Counted from the whole stretch's first letter, positions 25,151 to 37,994 are shown. The stretch: DNA of 63,787 nt, filler included, from Basidiobolus ranarum (GCA_040143965.1; 32 parts of 32 records of this genome joined end to end with filler, not necessarily neighbours in it); one strand, 5' to 3'. The notes: generated from the sequence alone by a model not told the origin. Numbers and translations are program-made.

Positions 25151-25652
25151 CGCTTAGACTTCGAGTCAATTTCGTACTAGCCAATCAATGACCGATATTT
25201 ACTCTATTACACTAAAACCAATCACAAGATATGAAGTTAGTAGCTATTTCTCATTATTGTTATTCATTGAAGCATGTAGTGCCGAGCACACTCTCACCCA
25301 TAAATCTACCGAACTACAAACTAACCATTATTAATTCGTACTTTGCTTCTTCTCTTTCATACGCAAAATGAGTCAGTCACATGCAGTGGCTGCTTACCTA
25401 AACGACGATATAAAGTAAGAACATGGAATACAGCAGTGATTAATAAAATAGTTGGAGTTATCTGGAGCTTATCAGCGCTTGTAATGTCTGTTTATCCGAG
25501 GATTTGGTGACGGAGTAATGTGTCTAAAATTAGAGACTGATAAATGGCCTTAATTGGGGAGTTTTTCCGTGATTGGAAGTATATAAAAGGTATTGGATGG
25601 AATAAGTTTCGTCAATTGAATTTGTCGATTTCTATACATCCATTGATACATT

Positions 25653-25912
25653 ATGACACTCGAAAGATATGTTACGAGCAAAGTTGAAGCTATTGCTCAA
25701 TCTGAAGGAGACGGGGCACGAGTTAGGAGAAGCATTGGGACTAGTGCACTCAAAAATTTTGATCCTTTCCTAATGCTCGACGAATTTATGGTCGAGCCTC
25801 CTGCTGGATTTCCGGATCACCCACATCGTGGCTTCGAGACTGTTACGTATATGCTCGACGGAATAGTTGCTCATGAAGATTTTGCTGGTCATCAAGGTCA
25901 AATTGGACCCGG
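25653..25912 (+). CDS. Pirin family cupin, 5' part
   Basis: EGDGARVRRSIG, DPFLMLDEF, GFPDHPHRGFETVTYML; TATAAAAG about 70 bp upstream. Confidence 0.95.
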
Positions 25913-27247
25913 NNNNNNNNNNNNNNNNNNNNNNNNNNNNNNNNNNNNNNNNNNNNTTAATTAATTAANNNNNNNNNNNNNNNNNNNNNNNNNNNNNNNN
26001 NNNNNNNNNNNNGTAGGGATTATGAGCCGATGGAGATGAGGGAATCTGCGATCGTACGCTGAGATTGAAGCATAGTAAATGGAAAATGCTGCGGAGAAAG
26101 GGTCTCTAATCGAGATCTTTCATGATAACCGTCAGCTCGCGTTATGGACAGCTAGAGGCTAGAGGTGGTTAGGGCACTTAGAGAGACGATTTTTATTTTT
26201 CTGGTACGGAACAAATGATCACTAGGTAGCATCGGAAGGATGTGTCAGGTATAGGATGGGAGTTTATCTACTTCTAATATAAATGTTGAATTCCGGCTTC
26301 AAACATCCTTTTTCTCCGATAAAGTTGAATAAACTTATTCTTATTAACTTAGGAACACTTTGGTGTTTAAGTGGATGGCTTCATCATCGGTTACTTGGGG
26401 TTAGATTCATTAAATTTGAATACATATTCAAAACAACAATGAATCACTGTAATGAGTTTTAATGTCCATTTATTGAATCACTATAATGAGCATGCTAGCA
26501 TTCGTATTTTTATACTGCTATTCGAGATTACGAGTTTCAGCCAGTGTTAATATGTAAAGTTGGATTACTGTCTGCAGTTACTCTCTTTAAAGTATTGTTG
26601 GTTGGACTATGTTTGATGATAAAATGACAAGGGGAGACCAGTGTTGTTAATTATGTTTAGAAATGTAAATAAGTAACCAACATTGATTGTATAGTGTCGC
26701 AGTGGCTTCAGGAATGGTGAGAAAACTAAAATATGTAAGAATATGCTTACTCTACTACTTGGGTGGAGATGCTTAATTTTAGACTTTTCTGATGATAATG
26801 CTTCTTTCAAAGGGATACTGGATGGTTTAGATTTTACTTGATTCATATCCACGGATGTACGTTGCTTACTATATAAATAGAGGACTACTATATACTGGGA
26901 TTTATGGCTAGAAATAACAGACCTTTGAATTTAAGTTAAGCAACAAAATGAGAGTTTGTGGCTTCACTAAGTGCCCAAGAAACTTTGTAATCAATCAATA
27001 GTTGGTGGACTTGATGATTCTCATCAATGTATGGGTTTTCTTTTGATGACAATGTATTCAAATGCATCACTCTTCAAGATCTTTTTTAGGATTACACATA
27101 GAGAAGTACAGCTCTAAATGATTAATTCACAGTACTCGGACATACATTGTTAGCTTTACAACTTGGGTTAGGTTTAACTTCTTAATATACAATCAGTGAG
27201 GAGGGGTAAAGTTTTCATACTATTTTAAAAAAAATCACATCCTTCAG

Positions 27248-27595
27248 TGTTAAAGTATTTGGGAGCCTGTTGGAAATGGTTTGGAGATTTAGTGAAATTG
27301 GTGGTTTTCACTTGTTGATTTATTGAGTATTCAGTTGACATTTATAGTTTTGTCAATATGAAAACAAACTAATGTGTAGAATATGTTAAGGAAGGTCCCA
27401 GAAACATGTGTTCAATGTTTTGGGCTTCTAGCACAAGTTTGAAAAATCTATATATCTGAGAACTTCTTAGTTGGTAAGAATATTCTAAGTAAATGCCAAT
27501 TAAGAATAATTGATAATATGTTAGTGAATTATAAGATAACAAAGAACTAAGCTATATATTACTATATAGGTATTTAGGAAATGCTAATTTCAACA
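27248..27595 (-). mobile_element. Copia solo LTR with perfect 5-bp target-site duplication TTCAG
   Basis: TTCAG at 27243-27247 and 27596-27600 flank TG...CA. Confidence 0.92.
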
Positions 27596-27800
27596 TTCAG
27601 CTCTACAATGGTAATGCTGCCTACAAATTTGATACTACTGCAGTTTTCTAGGATGAAATTGATACCTATAAAGCAAATATTTGATTTACACTTTCAATAG
27701 TATCATGCCATTTCAAGGTATATAAACTTATGAGAATTAAACACAATGCTGAGGTGATAAATAGTGTACCTTTGGTTGAAGTATTTTGGGAGTTTGTTGG

Positions 27801-27910
27801 TATTGAAATTATTTAGGGAGAAATATTGGTCTGGCCAGGATTTGAACCTGGGACCTCCTTCACTCTAGCAAGGTGCTCTAACCACTGAGCTACCAGTCCT
27901 TGTATGCTAT
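27801..27910 (-). mobile_element. End of tRNA-bearing LTR-like element (copy 1)
   Basis: Near-identical to 57615-57724; interrupts a Copia LTR fragment at about 27775-27800. Confidence 0.75.
27827..27899 (-). ncRNA. tRNA-like sequence (73 nt, nominal anticodon AGA) inside a repeat element; probably not a functional tRNA
   Basis: GGACTGG TA GCTC AGTGGTTA GAGC A CCTTG CTAGAGT GAAGG AGGTC CCAGG TTCAAAT CCTGG CCAGACC A; A and B boxes intact, A3:A70 and G31:G39 mismatches. Confidence 0.85.
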
Positions 27911-28010
27911 NNNNNNNNNNNNNNNNNNNNNNNNNNNNNNNNNNNNNNNNNNNNTTAATTAATTAANNNNNNNNNNNNNNNNNNNNNNNNNNNNNNNNNN
28001 NNNNNNNNNN

Positions 28011-28308
28011 TATATAGTCATATATAGCTTAGTACTTATCTTATAATTCACTAAGATATTATCCATTATTCTCATAAGGAATTTACTTAGAAGTTCTCAG
28101 ATATATAGATTTTTCAAACTCGTGCTAGAAGCCCCAAACTTTGCACACAGGTTCCTGGGACCTTTCTTAACACATTCTACACATTAAATTGTTTACATCT
28201 TCACAAAACTATAAATGTCAACTTTCTACTCAATAAATCAATAAGTGAAAACCACCAATTTCTCTAATTCTCCAAACCACTTCCAACAGGCTCCCAAACA
28301 CTTTAACA
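28011..28308 (+). mobile_element. Copia LTR (subfamily A), 3' part
   Basis: Reverse complement of 27248 copy; ends CTTTAACA. Confidence 0.88.
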
Positions 28309-28434
28309 CCAACATCTTGATTCACAACAATGATCGTAGGTACATTATTCATGTTTTTCAGGATGCTCTACCGTTGAAGTTTCAACTGCAATTACTCACT
28401 AACATAGTACTAAGAAAGTTGGTAATGTGAATTC

Positions 28435-28730
28435 TGTTAGTATTCTGGGAGTTGGAAGTGATTCGGAGAACTAGAAGAATTGGTGGTTTTTAACTTAATG
28501 AGTGTAAGATGACATTTATACTTTTGTCAAGAAGTAGACAAACTAACGTGGAGAGTACAAAGTTTGGGGTCTCTTGGACAAGTTTGAGAAATTCATATAA
28601 TCTCAGAACTTCTAGGTTGGTCTCAATATTGAGCGTAAATTCCTTCCGAAGATATTGGATAATATCGTAATGGATTTTAGATAGCTAACTATATAACTAT
28701 ATAGATGCTTAAGCTGTGTCATTTTCAACA
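28435..28730 (-). mobile_element. Copia solo LTR (subfamily B) with near-perfect TSD AATTC/GATTC
   Basis: TGTTAG...TTTCAACA; related to subfamily A. Confidence 0.75.
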
Positions 28731-30008
28731 GATTCATCCCAATAAGATAACTCAATACCATAACTATGCCAGTTTCACATTCATTTATTAAATGTATCTT
28801 TGTTTAATACGATTAGGCTATTAAGGTTACTTTATACTAGAGGTAAACCTACAAGTGCAAACACTGACAACCTTTAGAGACTAATCTAGATGGAGGTCCC
28901 TCCCTAGTCAAACCATCTAAGACCCAGGGATGAGCTAGTAGCGATAATGCTTATACTAGAACGGAGAATACTTCAGAGGATGTTTAACCATCAAATACCT
29001 CTGATGCTGAGCATTCTTCACACACCTACTCCTCATAATGATGCAATCAAAAACATTTGGGGAGAAACAACTGATCTTAAAATTCACAACCAAAGTGGAT
29101 CCAGCATGTGAAAATAAGGGGACATTCGGACTATACGCCCACAATGAAATTCTCATATGGCATTGGTTCTCTCGATACTCCAAATCTTGACCATGTGTGA
29201 TCCAGTATACTCTAAGGTTAAACCATATCCAATATCGAATCGTGTTCATAGGTGTTTGGTTAGATCGAGGTCGATGATGCTTGCAGATGTAACGTTGATA
29301 CTAGTTCGAAATATTCACAGGCATCACCCGCTTGTAAAATTCTATCGATAGAATGGCTCTGGATACCTGTGCTGGCATCCATGTGTTAACTCCTGGCTAC
29401 ATATGGACTCTAGCGATTGATAAGGATATACTGGCAAAAGAGTGGAACGTGAAACAAAATTAACATTCTTATTGGGAAAGTTCACCAACGTAACACGCAT
29501 GGGGGTTAATAAGTTGACTATTTAATTGGAATAGGTGTAGTGGCTGCCTAGAGAAGCACAACTGGAATTGGCCAGTCAAGTGAAGTAGAGGATTAGAAAT
29601 TGTCTGTCAAAATGCTCACTGTTTAGAGCTAATCCCTGGCATATCCAAAATGTTTGTATAGATTAAATTAAAATTCCGATATCCATTGGGCGGGAATACG
29701 ACTGGAGGGAGGCGGAGAATTGGACTTTCCAGTGCAATCATAGCGACCAATAAACCACCGATTTTGAAGAAACCTTGAAGATACTGAATTCGAACAGAAA
29801 GAAAATTTGTAATAATGTGGGAACATGAAGTGAATAAAAATCATGAGCAAGAATAAAAAGTACGACTAAGTTTTTACAAGAGGGATATAATTAAGTTATG
29901 TATGGTGTNNNNNNNNNNNNNNNNNNNNNNNNNNNNNNNNNNNNNNNNNNNNTTAATTAATTAANNNNNNNNNNNNNNNNNNNNNNNNNNNNNNNNNNNN
30001 NNNNNNNN

Positions 30009-30170
30009 GTTTCTGGTACAAGTTGGAAGATGTATATATCTGAAAACTTCAGAGTTGGTTGCAACTCTATTCCACTTGAGAAGAGTGAGTTATATCTTAG
30101 TGAATATGGAACAACTAAATAGTAAGTTATATATGACTTTATAGATGTTTAGGCTCTGCCAATTTCAACA
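30009..30170 (-). mobile_element. Copia-type LTR fragment
   Basis: Ends AATTTCAACA; similar to the same part of 6685-7026. Confidence 0.7.
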
Positions 30171-31590
30171 GCTATTGGTATAAAAGTCAAAAGATCCCTG
30201 TTTATTATGTCCAGAGTGCAGTTTCAACTTAGCTATGGGGCTACAGAAGAGAGGAGGATGTGAATTTGCATTTTAAGTAGGGCTTTGTAAAGCACTAGTT
30301 GCCCTGTTCTTGTAATGATTAGCATACCACTCACATTGTATGCATGGGTTATCTCTGTAAACTTCAACTTCAACTTCTTTTATATCCAGGTGTACAGTTT
30401 CATTCATGTGTGATGCTTACAAAATGAATGCAACTAGTTAATGAAATATATCTAAGCAGCGCACAGTATATATATATAGTAGTCACATGTTTGCCAAAGT
30501 TCCTATATGACAAAATCATTAATAGCCAAGGAATAGCCACGATCTCCGTATATACACAGGGGCTTGGTATGATTTTTACGTTTTATGCACTGCAGGAGGG
30601 TTCTTGTTCTACTGAACATTTACTGTGTGTTAACATAAGAGAGTCACGTGAATCTTCGAATTTGAAGAAATTCATATTGAGGTCATGTGTTGTATTTATA
30701 TAGTGTTTATCAGCCTGAACCCTGTTACACTCCGGATTGTTGAGTTTCATTTGCAATTCTTACGGAGAGATTGCTGCATACACTTACACCTCCACTTTCA
30801 CTTACCGCATTGCTTGTTTAGTCAAACCAAGCACTCAGCTTAATTTTTCATATCATATACCCGTCATTTGCCCTTCTCATCAATAGAAACAGTACCGTAG
30901 AAATACCATTATAGAAATGATCCTTACCCTTACAATTCACACACCTCTTGCCATTACTTGAACCCTTCTGGTTTCTACTTTATAACAAACAAGTATCGAA
31001 ATCCAATATGATGTGAGAATTATTTCATGCGAAGATGTAGTCAGCCTGTTCCACCAGCATTCTGATTGAGACTTTATTGGTTATTTGGTGTGACCATGTA
31101 GATTAAGGGAGTGGATTTAGTATGGAATTAGTGAGAAAAAAGAGTGAATTAAGGTCGTTTAACATTATTTAATTCCCATCTGTATTCTGTTACCAAGGTC
31201 TGTTTCTTCCAAAAACCCGGCCAAGTATTCCATGATTATCCAGCTGTGTGGTAATTTACACCTCATTTACCAAACAAGGAAACTGTAACCTTACCATTGT
31301 GTTGAGTCAACTGCTGGTTAGGTCGGCAGTTCTTTGTAAAGGAACAATACCCGTTTTTCTGATTGTGGAATGGTAGCATCAGCTCAGCAATCCCTGCTTG
31401 TGATCAGGTTTAGTGCGTAGGGATTCAGAATATAGATCATGTGTACAATATCCAGTGAATAATACTAATCTGGAAAAGTGGGATTAAGTCAGAGCAAATG
31501 GCTCTTGAATGGCCATGTATGTGCATCAGTGTATGTACGATATATGCGAATATAGGTGGCGAGATAGAAGAGATTCTAAACCTTATTTTC

Positions 31591-31677
31591 CCTATACGCG
31601 ATGAATATCCTATACCCAATGAATATCCTATACGCGATGAATATCCTATACCCAATGAATATCCTATACGCAATGAA
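31591..31677 (+). repeat. 18-bp minisatellite, about 4.8 units, alternating variants
   Basis: CCTATACGCGATGAATAT alternating with CCTATACCCAATGAATAT. Confidence 0.95.
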
Positions 31678-32005
31678 ACGAAAGCTACACAGAGCAATTT
31701 GCACCGGAATACTTATTATTATGAAGAATGGAATCTTTGCATCTAGTCGTATTATTTAACGTGCATGCCATTTGATTTTCATATTATTTAGCGCTATCAG
31801 TACATGCTATTCATCAGTCATTTATCCGCCATTTATCCGCCATTTATCAGTACATACCATGAATAATATCTGGCGTTATCTATCCACCATGTATCTATCC
31901 ACCATNNNNNNNNNNNNNNNNNNNNNNNNNNNNNNNNNNNNNNNNNNNNTTAATTAATTAANNNNNNNNNNNNNNNNNNNNNNNNNNNNNNNNNNNNNNN
32001 NNNNN

Positions 32006-32129
32006 TTGCCAAAGTATCTTCCTTGTCCAGTCTTGTCTTGTCTTGTCTTGTGGTCTACACCCAAGTACTCTCCTGCTTTCTAGCCTCTTGTCATTGTTCC
32101 CAGTCCTTGTCCAGTTCCTTATTGTGACA
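32006..32129 (+). mobile_element. Gypsy LTR 3' end (...CCTTATTGTGACA)
   Basis: Overlaps by homology with 41795-41883; similar fragment at about 20330-20423. Confidence 0.8.
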
Positions 32130-32179
32130 TAACCATTGACAGTGTTGCTGAAGAGCTGAAACAAACAAACCTATGTTTA

Positions 32180-33018
32180 ACAAGCTCCCACCCAAATACT
32201 TAGCCTTTGCTGATGTCTTTGACAAGAAGAAATCCAATATACTCCCAGCTTGCCACCCATATGATTACTCTATAGATCTACAACAAGGAAATCAACAACC
32301 ATTTGGGCCTATCTATGGGCTGACACAGCCATAACTTAACATTCTGAAAGAGTACATTGCAGAATATCTAGCAAAGGGATATATCCAACATTCAAGGTCC
32401 CCAGCAGGCTCTCTAAACTTGTTTGTCAAGAAAAAGGATGAATCCCTCCATCTTTGTGTTAATTCTTGAGGCCTAAATAGCATTACAGTGAAAAATTGGT
32501 TCCACTTGCCATTAATCAACTGACTCTTGGAGTAGCTTGCTTTGGCAAAGTTGCTTACAAAGATTGATTGAAGAGGTGCTTACAATCTTGTAAGAGTCAA
32601 ACCAGGAGACCAATGGAAAACTGCCTTTCAAACTTGCTATGGACACTTTGAATACAATGTCACGCCATTTGGACTTACCAATGCCCCTGCAGTCTTTCAA
32701 CACATAATGAATGCTATCTTCAGTGAGTATCTTGACCAATTTGTGGTAATCCATCTTGAAAATATCTTGGTCTTCTCAAGCTCTCAAGAAGAACATAATA
32801 TTCATGTTTCCCAAGTCCTATGAAAGGTGAAAACCTCTGGTCTCTATGCTAACTTGAGAAATGTTAATTTGATCAAGCTCAAGTTGAATTCCTTAGATAT
32901 AACATCAGCCCATCAGGCATCTCCATTGACCCTATGAAGGTCAAAACTATTCTGTCTTGGGATATTCCCTAGAATGTGAAGGATATCCAATCTTTCCTTG
33001 CATTTGCAAGCTTTTAGC
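32180..33018 (+). mobile_element. Gypsy reverse transcriptase, degenerate
   Basis: [66 protein letters not shown] (decayed YLDD). Confidence 0.9.
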
Positions 33019-33902
33019 CTCTAACAGAAACTTGAGGATTGTTATTATAGGAAAACCATCACAATTTGAATCCATTTGGGATTGACCATTTACATACCGT
33101 CATAAAATTGTCAAGTCAGGCTTGATTTTAAGCAATCTTTTCAGTTTCAGAAGTGAAATTTCAAGATCTTGCAAAATAGTTGTGCATGATTGGCTACAAT
33201 CTCAGAGAACTATGGATCAACACATGTGCAAAAAATGTAACTCAAATTTTACACAGTTACCACTTGAATGCTAATTTGTCACCTTTGAAATCTGCAGTCT
33301 CTTTGATATATTCTCCTGAATATTTTTATAGAGTTCCTCATACCCAACACAAGCTTGTATCAATATCTCTATCAAAGCCCACCAATGTATTAATGTTGCA
33401 GAATCAACGTTCTTCCAGCTATCTGGCAGATACCCTGCAATCTTGAGCCACTCTGTATTAAGTTCTTCCCAGATATCTGTACAGTCAACACCAGACTGAA
33501 TATCAAGTTGAATGTTCTTCTTCTGAAGCCACTCTCTGCATACTTGCACTGTGTTTCTTGCTTCATACTTTTGAAAATACTCCTCAAGCACTTTGACTAT
33601 TTTTGTACGTCCTTGTATTGTGACACTACTGAGGGTGCGTTGTGGTGTTTGTGTGGCTTTTTGTTTGCCCTAACCTCTGGGGCCAATTTCAACACTTTGA
33701 AAAGTACCAGTTGATGTTGGAGAGCCAGGGGTTTTACTTGCTTGTGCTCTGGCTTGTTGAGAGGTGCCAGGTGTTGGATAAACTTCCAAATTTAGCACTC
33801 TTCCAACTGGTGTACCAAGTTCCATGGTGAAATTGAGCTTTTTTGCCAGCATATCTGACTCTGGTTATGGAGATCTTTGTAATGGTGGGAAGAATTTGTT
33901 CA
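33019..33902 (-). mobile_element. CCCTAAC element right end plus ORF remnant, inserted in Gypsy pol
   Basis: CTCTAACAGAAACTTGAGG start; ORF EEYFQKYE..NTVQVCREWLQKK..GYLPDSWKNVDSATLI. Confidence 0.85.
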
Positions 33903-34797
33903 NNNNNNNNNNNNNNNNNNNNNNNNNNNNNNNNNNNNNNNNNNNNTTAATTAATTAANNNNNNNNNNNNNNNNNNNNNNNNNNNNNNNNNNNNNNNNNN
34001 NNCTCTATATTTATACCATTTTCTCTATATTTGTCAAAAATTTTAACCGCTTCTCGAAAGGTTTATTCATGATTTTCATAGAAATTTATCATGAAATTCA
34101 TGCCACTCTCGATGACAATAATCCTTTTCCCGATGATATTTATACCCGGTTGACGATGTTTGATAACAGACAGAGCAAATTCTTATCGATAGCTGTCTCC
34201 GGCCTATCCCTCCTATACCCAATGCCTAATCAGTTATTGATCAAATAATGTTGAGTTGCATATATTATTTGAATATTACCACAATGATGGAGATTGCTAT
34301 TAGTGGAATACCACAGTGATTGCTGATTATTATCTAAATAATGGTAACGATTCTCAAGCTTTGCTTTTGAGACTATTTGTATGATGATTTTGGTTGGTGT
34401 AAATTAACTTCCCAATTTAATCAATTTAGCAGGGGCGCAAATAATGACTTGTGTCACAATCGTCAGTGAGTATGAAAAACCAGATAAAATATAGGTACTG
34501 AGGTTACAGGAAATGCGTAAACCAAGATTTAACCAAAAATAGACATGAGAAAAGCAGATGGCAGTCGGTTTAAGGATGAGTTGTGTAACAAGAATGGTTT
34601 CAAGGAAATATAAAACATATAATGTTCAAGTGGAGTAATACAACAAAACGATTCAGTAAATCCTTGCGAATGACAATAGAGACAATATGCTATGAAACTA
34701 TCATTGTGATATAAATACTTGTTGAGGAACTTCCTTTACTCACACTTCTAGTCAATTTGAGTAGCTTCATTTTCCAATTGAGAATATTCATCGCCAA

Positions 34798-35898
34798 ATG
34801 GTTGCAACAGGAGCTGATGCACACCTGCCAATAGCTCGCTCTTTGACAGTTGAGTATCGAACTCTTTCAGTTCGTCTTGAAGAAGCTCGTACACGAACGA
34901 GGGAGGTTCCGAGAGAAAAAGATCTTGAAGAAGAACTAGCGATAGACTATCACAAGTTAAACTTGCATGAATTGACTCTTCGCTTTAATACCTCACTTGA
35001 AAATGGCCTGGATGTGACAAACGCTCAAACTCGCCTGGCTAAGAACGGTAAAAATCAGATCTCTCCACCACCATCAAAATTACTAGCCAAGATCTTTGAC
35101 TATGGTTTCGGCGGCTTCTGCGGTCTTTTATGGTTCGCTGCTGTAATCTGTTTCCTGGCCTGGAAGCCCCTTGGTAATCCACCAGATCCTGTGAACTTGG
35201 GTCTAGGTATTCTACTCTTAATTGTAATTTTTTTACAAGCTGGATTCAACGCTTATCAGGATTGGAGTTCATCCAAGGTGATGAATTCTATCAATGGTAT
35301 GTTGCCAGCAAATGCCTTGGTCAATCGTGGTGGTCAAAAGGTCAGAATCCCGGTGAGTGACTTGGTTGTAGGAGACGTAGTGTACTTGTCATATGGTAAC
35401 AAAGTACCAGCTGATGCACGTGTGATTAGTTGCTCAGATCTCAAATTCGATAAATCTGTACTTACTGGTGAAAGTGACCCAATCACTGCCACAGTCGACA
35501 TGACTGACGAGAATTATCTTGAGTCCAAGAATGTTGCACTTATGGGTACCTTGATTACAAACGGTGAAGGTGTTGGTGTTGTCGTTTCTACTGGTGACAG
35601 AACAGTCATGGGAAAGATCGCCAAGCTATCTAGTAATGCCGGTACCTCTAGGACTTTGTTGCAAATTGAAATCAGTCGATTTGTAAAAATTATCGCTACT
35701 TTATCTATTTCCACCGCAGCTTTTGTGATGATTCTCTGGGCCGCTTGGTTACGTACTGCATATCCTGGTTTCTTGAACCTCTCCACCGCCTTGGTAAATG
35801 CCATTGCAGTTCTTGTTGCTTTCGTTCCCGAAGGTCTTCCAGTGGCTGTCACTTTAACCCTTACTCTGATCGCTCGTCGTATGCAACAACAGAAGGTA
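34798..35898 (+). CDS. P-type cation ATPase of Na+/K+ (type IIC / fungal ACU-like) class, 5' part
   Basis: VEYRTLS, KNGKNQISPPP, GNKVPAD, LTGESDP, VAFVPEGLPVAVTLTL; uninterrupted ORF. Confidence 0.9.
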
Positions 35899-36532
35899 NN
35901 NNNNNNNNNNNNNNNNNNNNNNNNNNNNNNNNNNNNNNNNNNTTAATTAATTAANNNNNNNNNNNNNNNNNNNNNNNNNNNNNNNNNNNNNNNNNNNNGA
36001 TACTAGGCTTGGATAGAAATGAGAGGGGAATATTGAATTTGTTGAGGAACACTGAGAAGTGTTGAGATCCTATATTTGTTGAGACACACACTAAACCAAA
36101 AGGTTCAGTCAGCTTTATTTATACTTTTTGATAGCAAAGTGAATTAGTCAGCACCAAGATATTAGATGACTAATTCTGATAAAAGATAATGTGATTGGAG
36201 AGATAGATAGATAAGTGAGTCATGCATCAGCTGGAGTCTTGGCAGTGTAAGATCATTGGTTATGAATCTTGTGACTTATATTGACTTGTGTCTAGGCAAA
36301 TGACTCAGTGGTTAATGCTGATTGGATAATGATCATGTGCTTGGTCATATGATCTGATAGAAGGGATAAGATAATAGATAGTTAGTCATGTGATAAGTTA
36401 CATGATAGGTTCACTAGATAAGGTCAGGTGACAAGTTAGTGTTGATGATAAGCTAAACAGATATTCAAGCAAGTTGTATAGATATGGTGTAAGTTAAACA
36501 ACTTTGTATGTTGATGCACAACAGATATGCTC

Positions 36533-36634
36533 CAGTATTGTCACAATATCTCAAAAGATTGATGTCATGATTGTCACTTTGTTTAGATTACATATAAACT
36601 AGTCCACACCATCTGGTGCTTTCCATCCCCCCTA
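36533..36634 (+). repeat. Probable LTR 3' end plus TGG-starting PBS-like motif, shared with 63617-63726
   Basis: Reverse complement of 63617-63726, where it precedes a Gypsy-type integrase remnant; ...CACCA TC TGGTGCTTT. Confidence 0.55.
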
Positions 36635-37051
36635 AGCTCTTGGAATCAGATTTGGCCTGTTCTATGCCAAATCACTTGCTTCCAATCCTTTCAGAGTAGC
36701 TGCAAATGCTTTTTTCTATGAATAAGTTGTTGCTGCTGCTTCTTCCTTGATCAAGAGGAAAATCCACAAACTGGCAGGATACATTCAATATCTGGCCACC
36801 AATAGTAGCAACTCTCCTGGTGATAAGTTGATGTTGTCACTAGATATGCTACAGAGAAAAGTAAGAAACCTGTCCAAAATCAAGACAAAATTTAAAGATT
36901 AAATATTTTATTGAAATGACGAAATTAATTAGGCACTAAATTAGTATTTAGTTAGAATGAATGAGTGACTGCTGTAGTTAGCATTTGTCCATCGTCACCA
37001 CTCTATTGAATGGTTGTATAATTAAATGGCTGCAGTATTCCCTAATACCGC

Positions 37052-37894
37052 TTATTCAGAGTGTTGAAGATGTTTGCCGGCATAAGAGTTTGAGTGTACA
37101 GGACTATTGGTATGGACATCAGCTGTGTAATGCGCTTGCTCCACGGTTGCATTTTGTTCCTGAACATGTGCCAAGGAATTTGAAAAGTTGGGTAGGTTTG
37201 GACAAAGTAACCCATCGTCATTCCTTGGTAGCACGACTTCGTAATCTCCGTCACGCACGCCTGCTATTGACCCAGCATCTGTCACGAATCGCAAACTCGC
37301 AACGCCTGCTCTCACTAGAGAAACTGTGTAAGGTGTCTGATTGTGATCTACCAGTCGGTCCAGGCAGTACAAGTTATTTGGATTCTCTTGATCCCAGTTG
37401 GTTAGCCACATCTCTGGATTGGTCGCTGATTCAGCAATCCATTGCAGAGTCTGCAAACCCGGTTGTAAAATAGAACCAGCTGTTTTACCGGATATCAAAT
37501 AATGCCTTGCCTTGAATTTTTCGATCATTGCTAGTGTATTTGTAACTTGACTACCGTGATGGGCTACTTTTACAATATCAAAAGACTGCGCAGCTAATTT
37601 TTCGAAACTCTCATTGGTTGCATCACCTAACAATACACATTAGTAAGTGGCAAAGATACGGCAATAGTTAAGAGACTCGAACCTGTAAACAGCATTCCTC
37701 CGCTTGCTCCTGCATTTACAGTAAATATGACTGAGATGGCATTTCTAGCCTTTGCTCTATCACGATAATAGTCGCCTCCTCCTCCACACATATCTGGTGA
37801 TCGCAGTGCTCTACCAAACACTATTGAACTTGGTCCTAGGAATGAAATATCTAAACCACTGGGTCCCGACCAATCGGGGTGGTTCAAGGAACCT
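37052..37894 (-). CDS. Metallo-beta-lactamase-fold protein, ComEC/Rec2 C-terminal-like, 3' part (intron 37627-37682)
   Basis: Splicing joins two ORFs into NAISV...MLFTGDA...FDIVKVAHHGS...HYLISG. Confidence 0.75.
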
Positions 37895-37994
37895 NNNNNN
37901 NNNNNNNNNNNNNNNNNNNNNNNNNNNNNNNNNNNNNNTTAATTAATTAANNNNNNNNNNNNNNNNNNNNNNNNNNNNNNNNNNNNNNNNNNNN

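Noticed and set aside
27827-27899. Functional tRNA-Ser(AGA) gene
   Set aside because: No long variable arm, stem mismatches shared by both copies, no terminator, embedded in repeated LTR-like flanks
31591-31677. CRISPR array or EYPIRD/EYPIPN repeat protein
   Set aside because: No unique spacers; it is a contiguous minisatellite in eukaryotic DNA and the ORFs on both strands arise from the repeat
36985-37473. 162-aa plus-strand ORF
   Set aside because: Antisense shadow of the MBL-fold gene; no motifs
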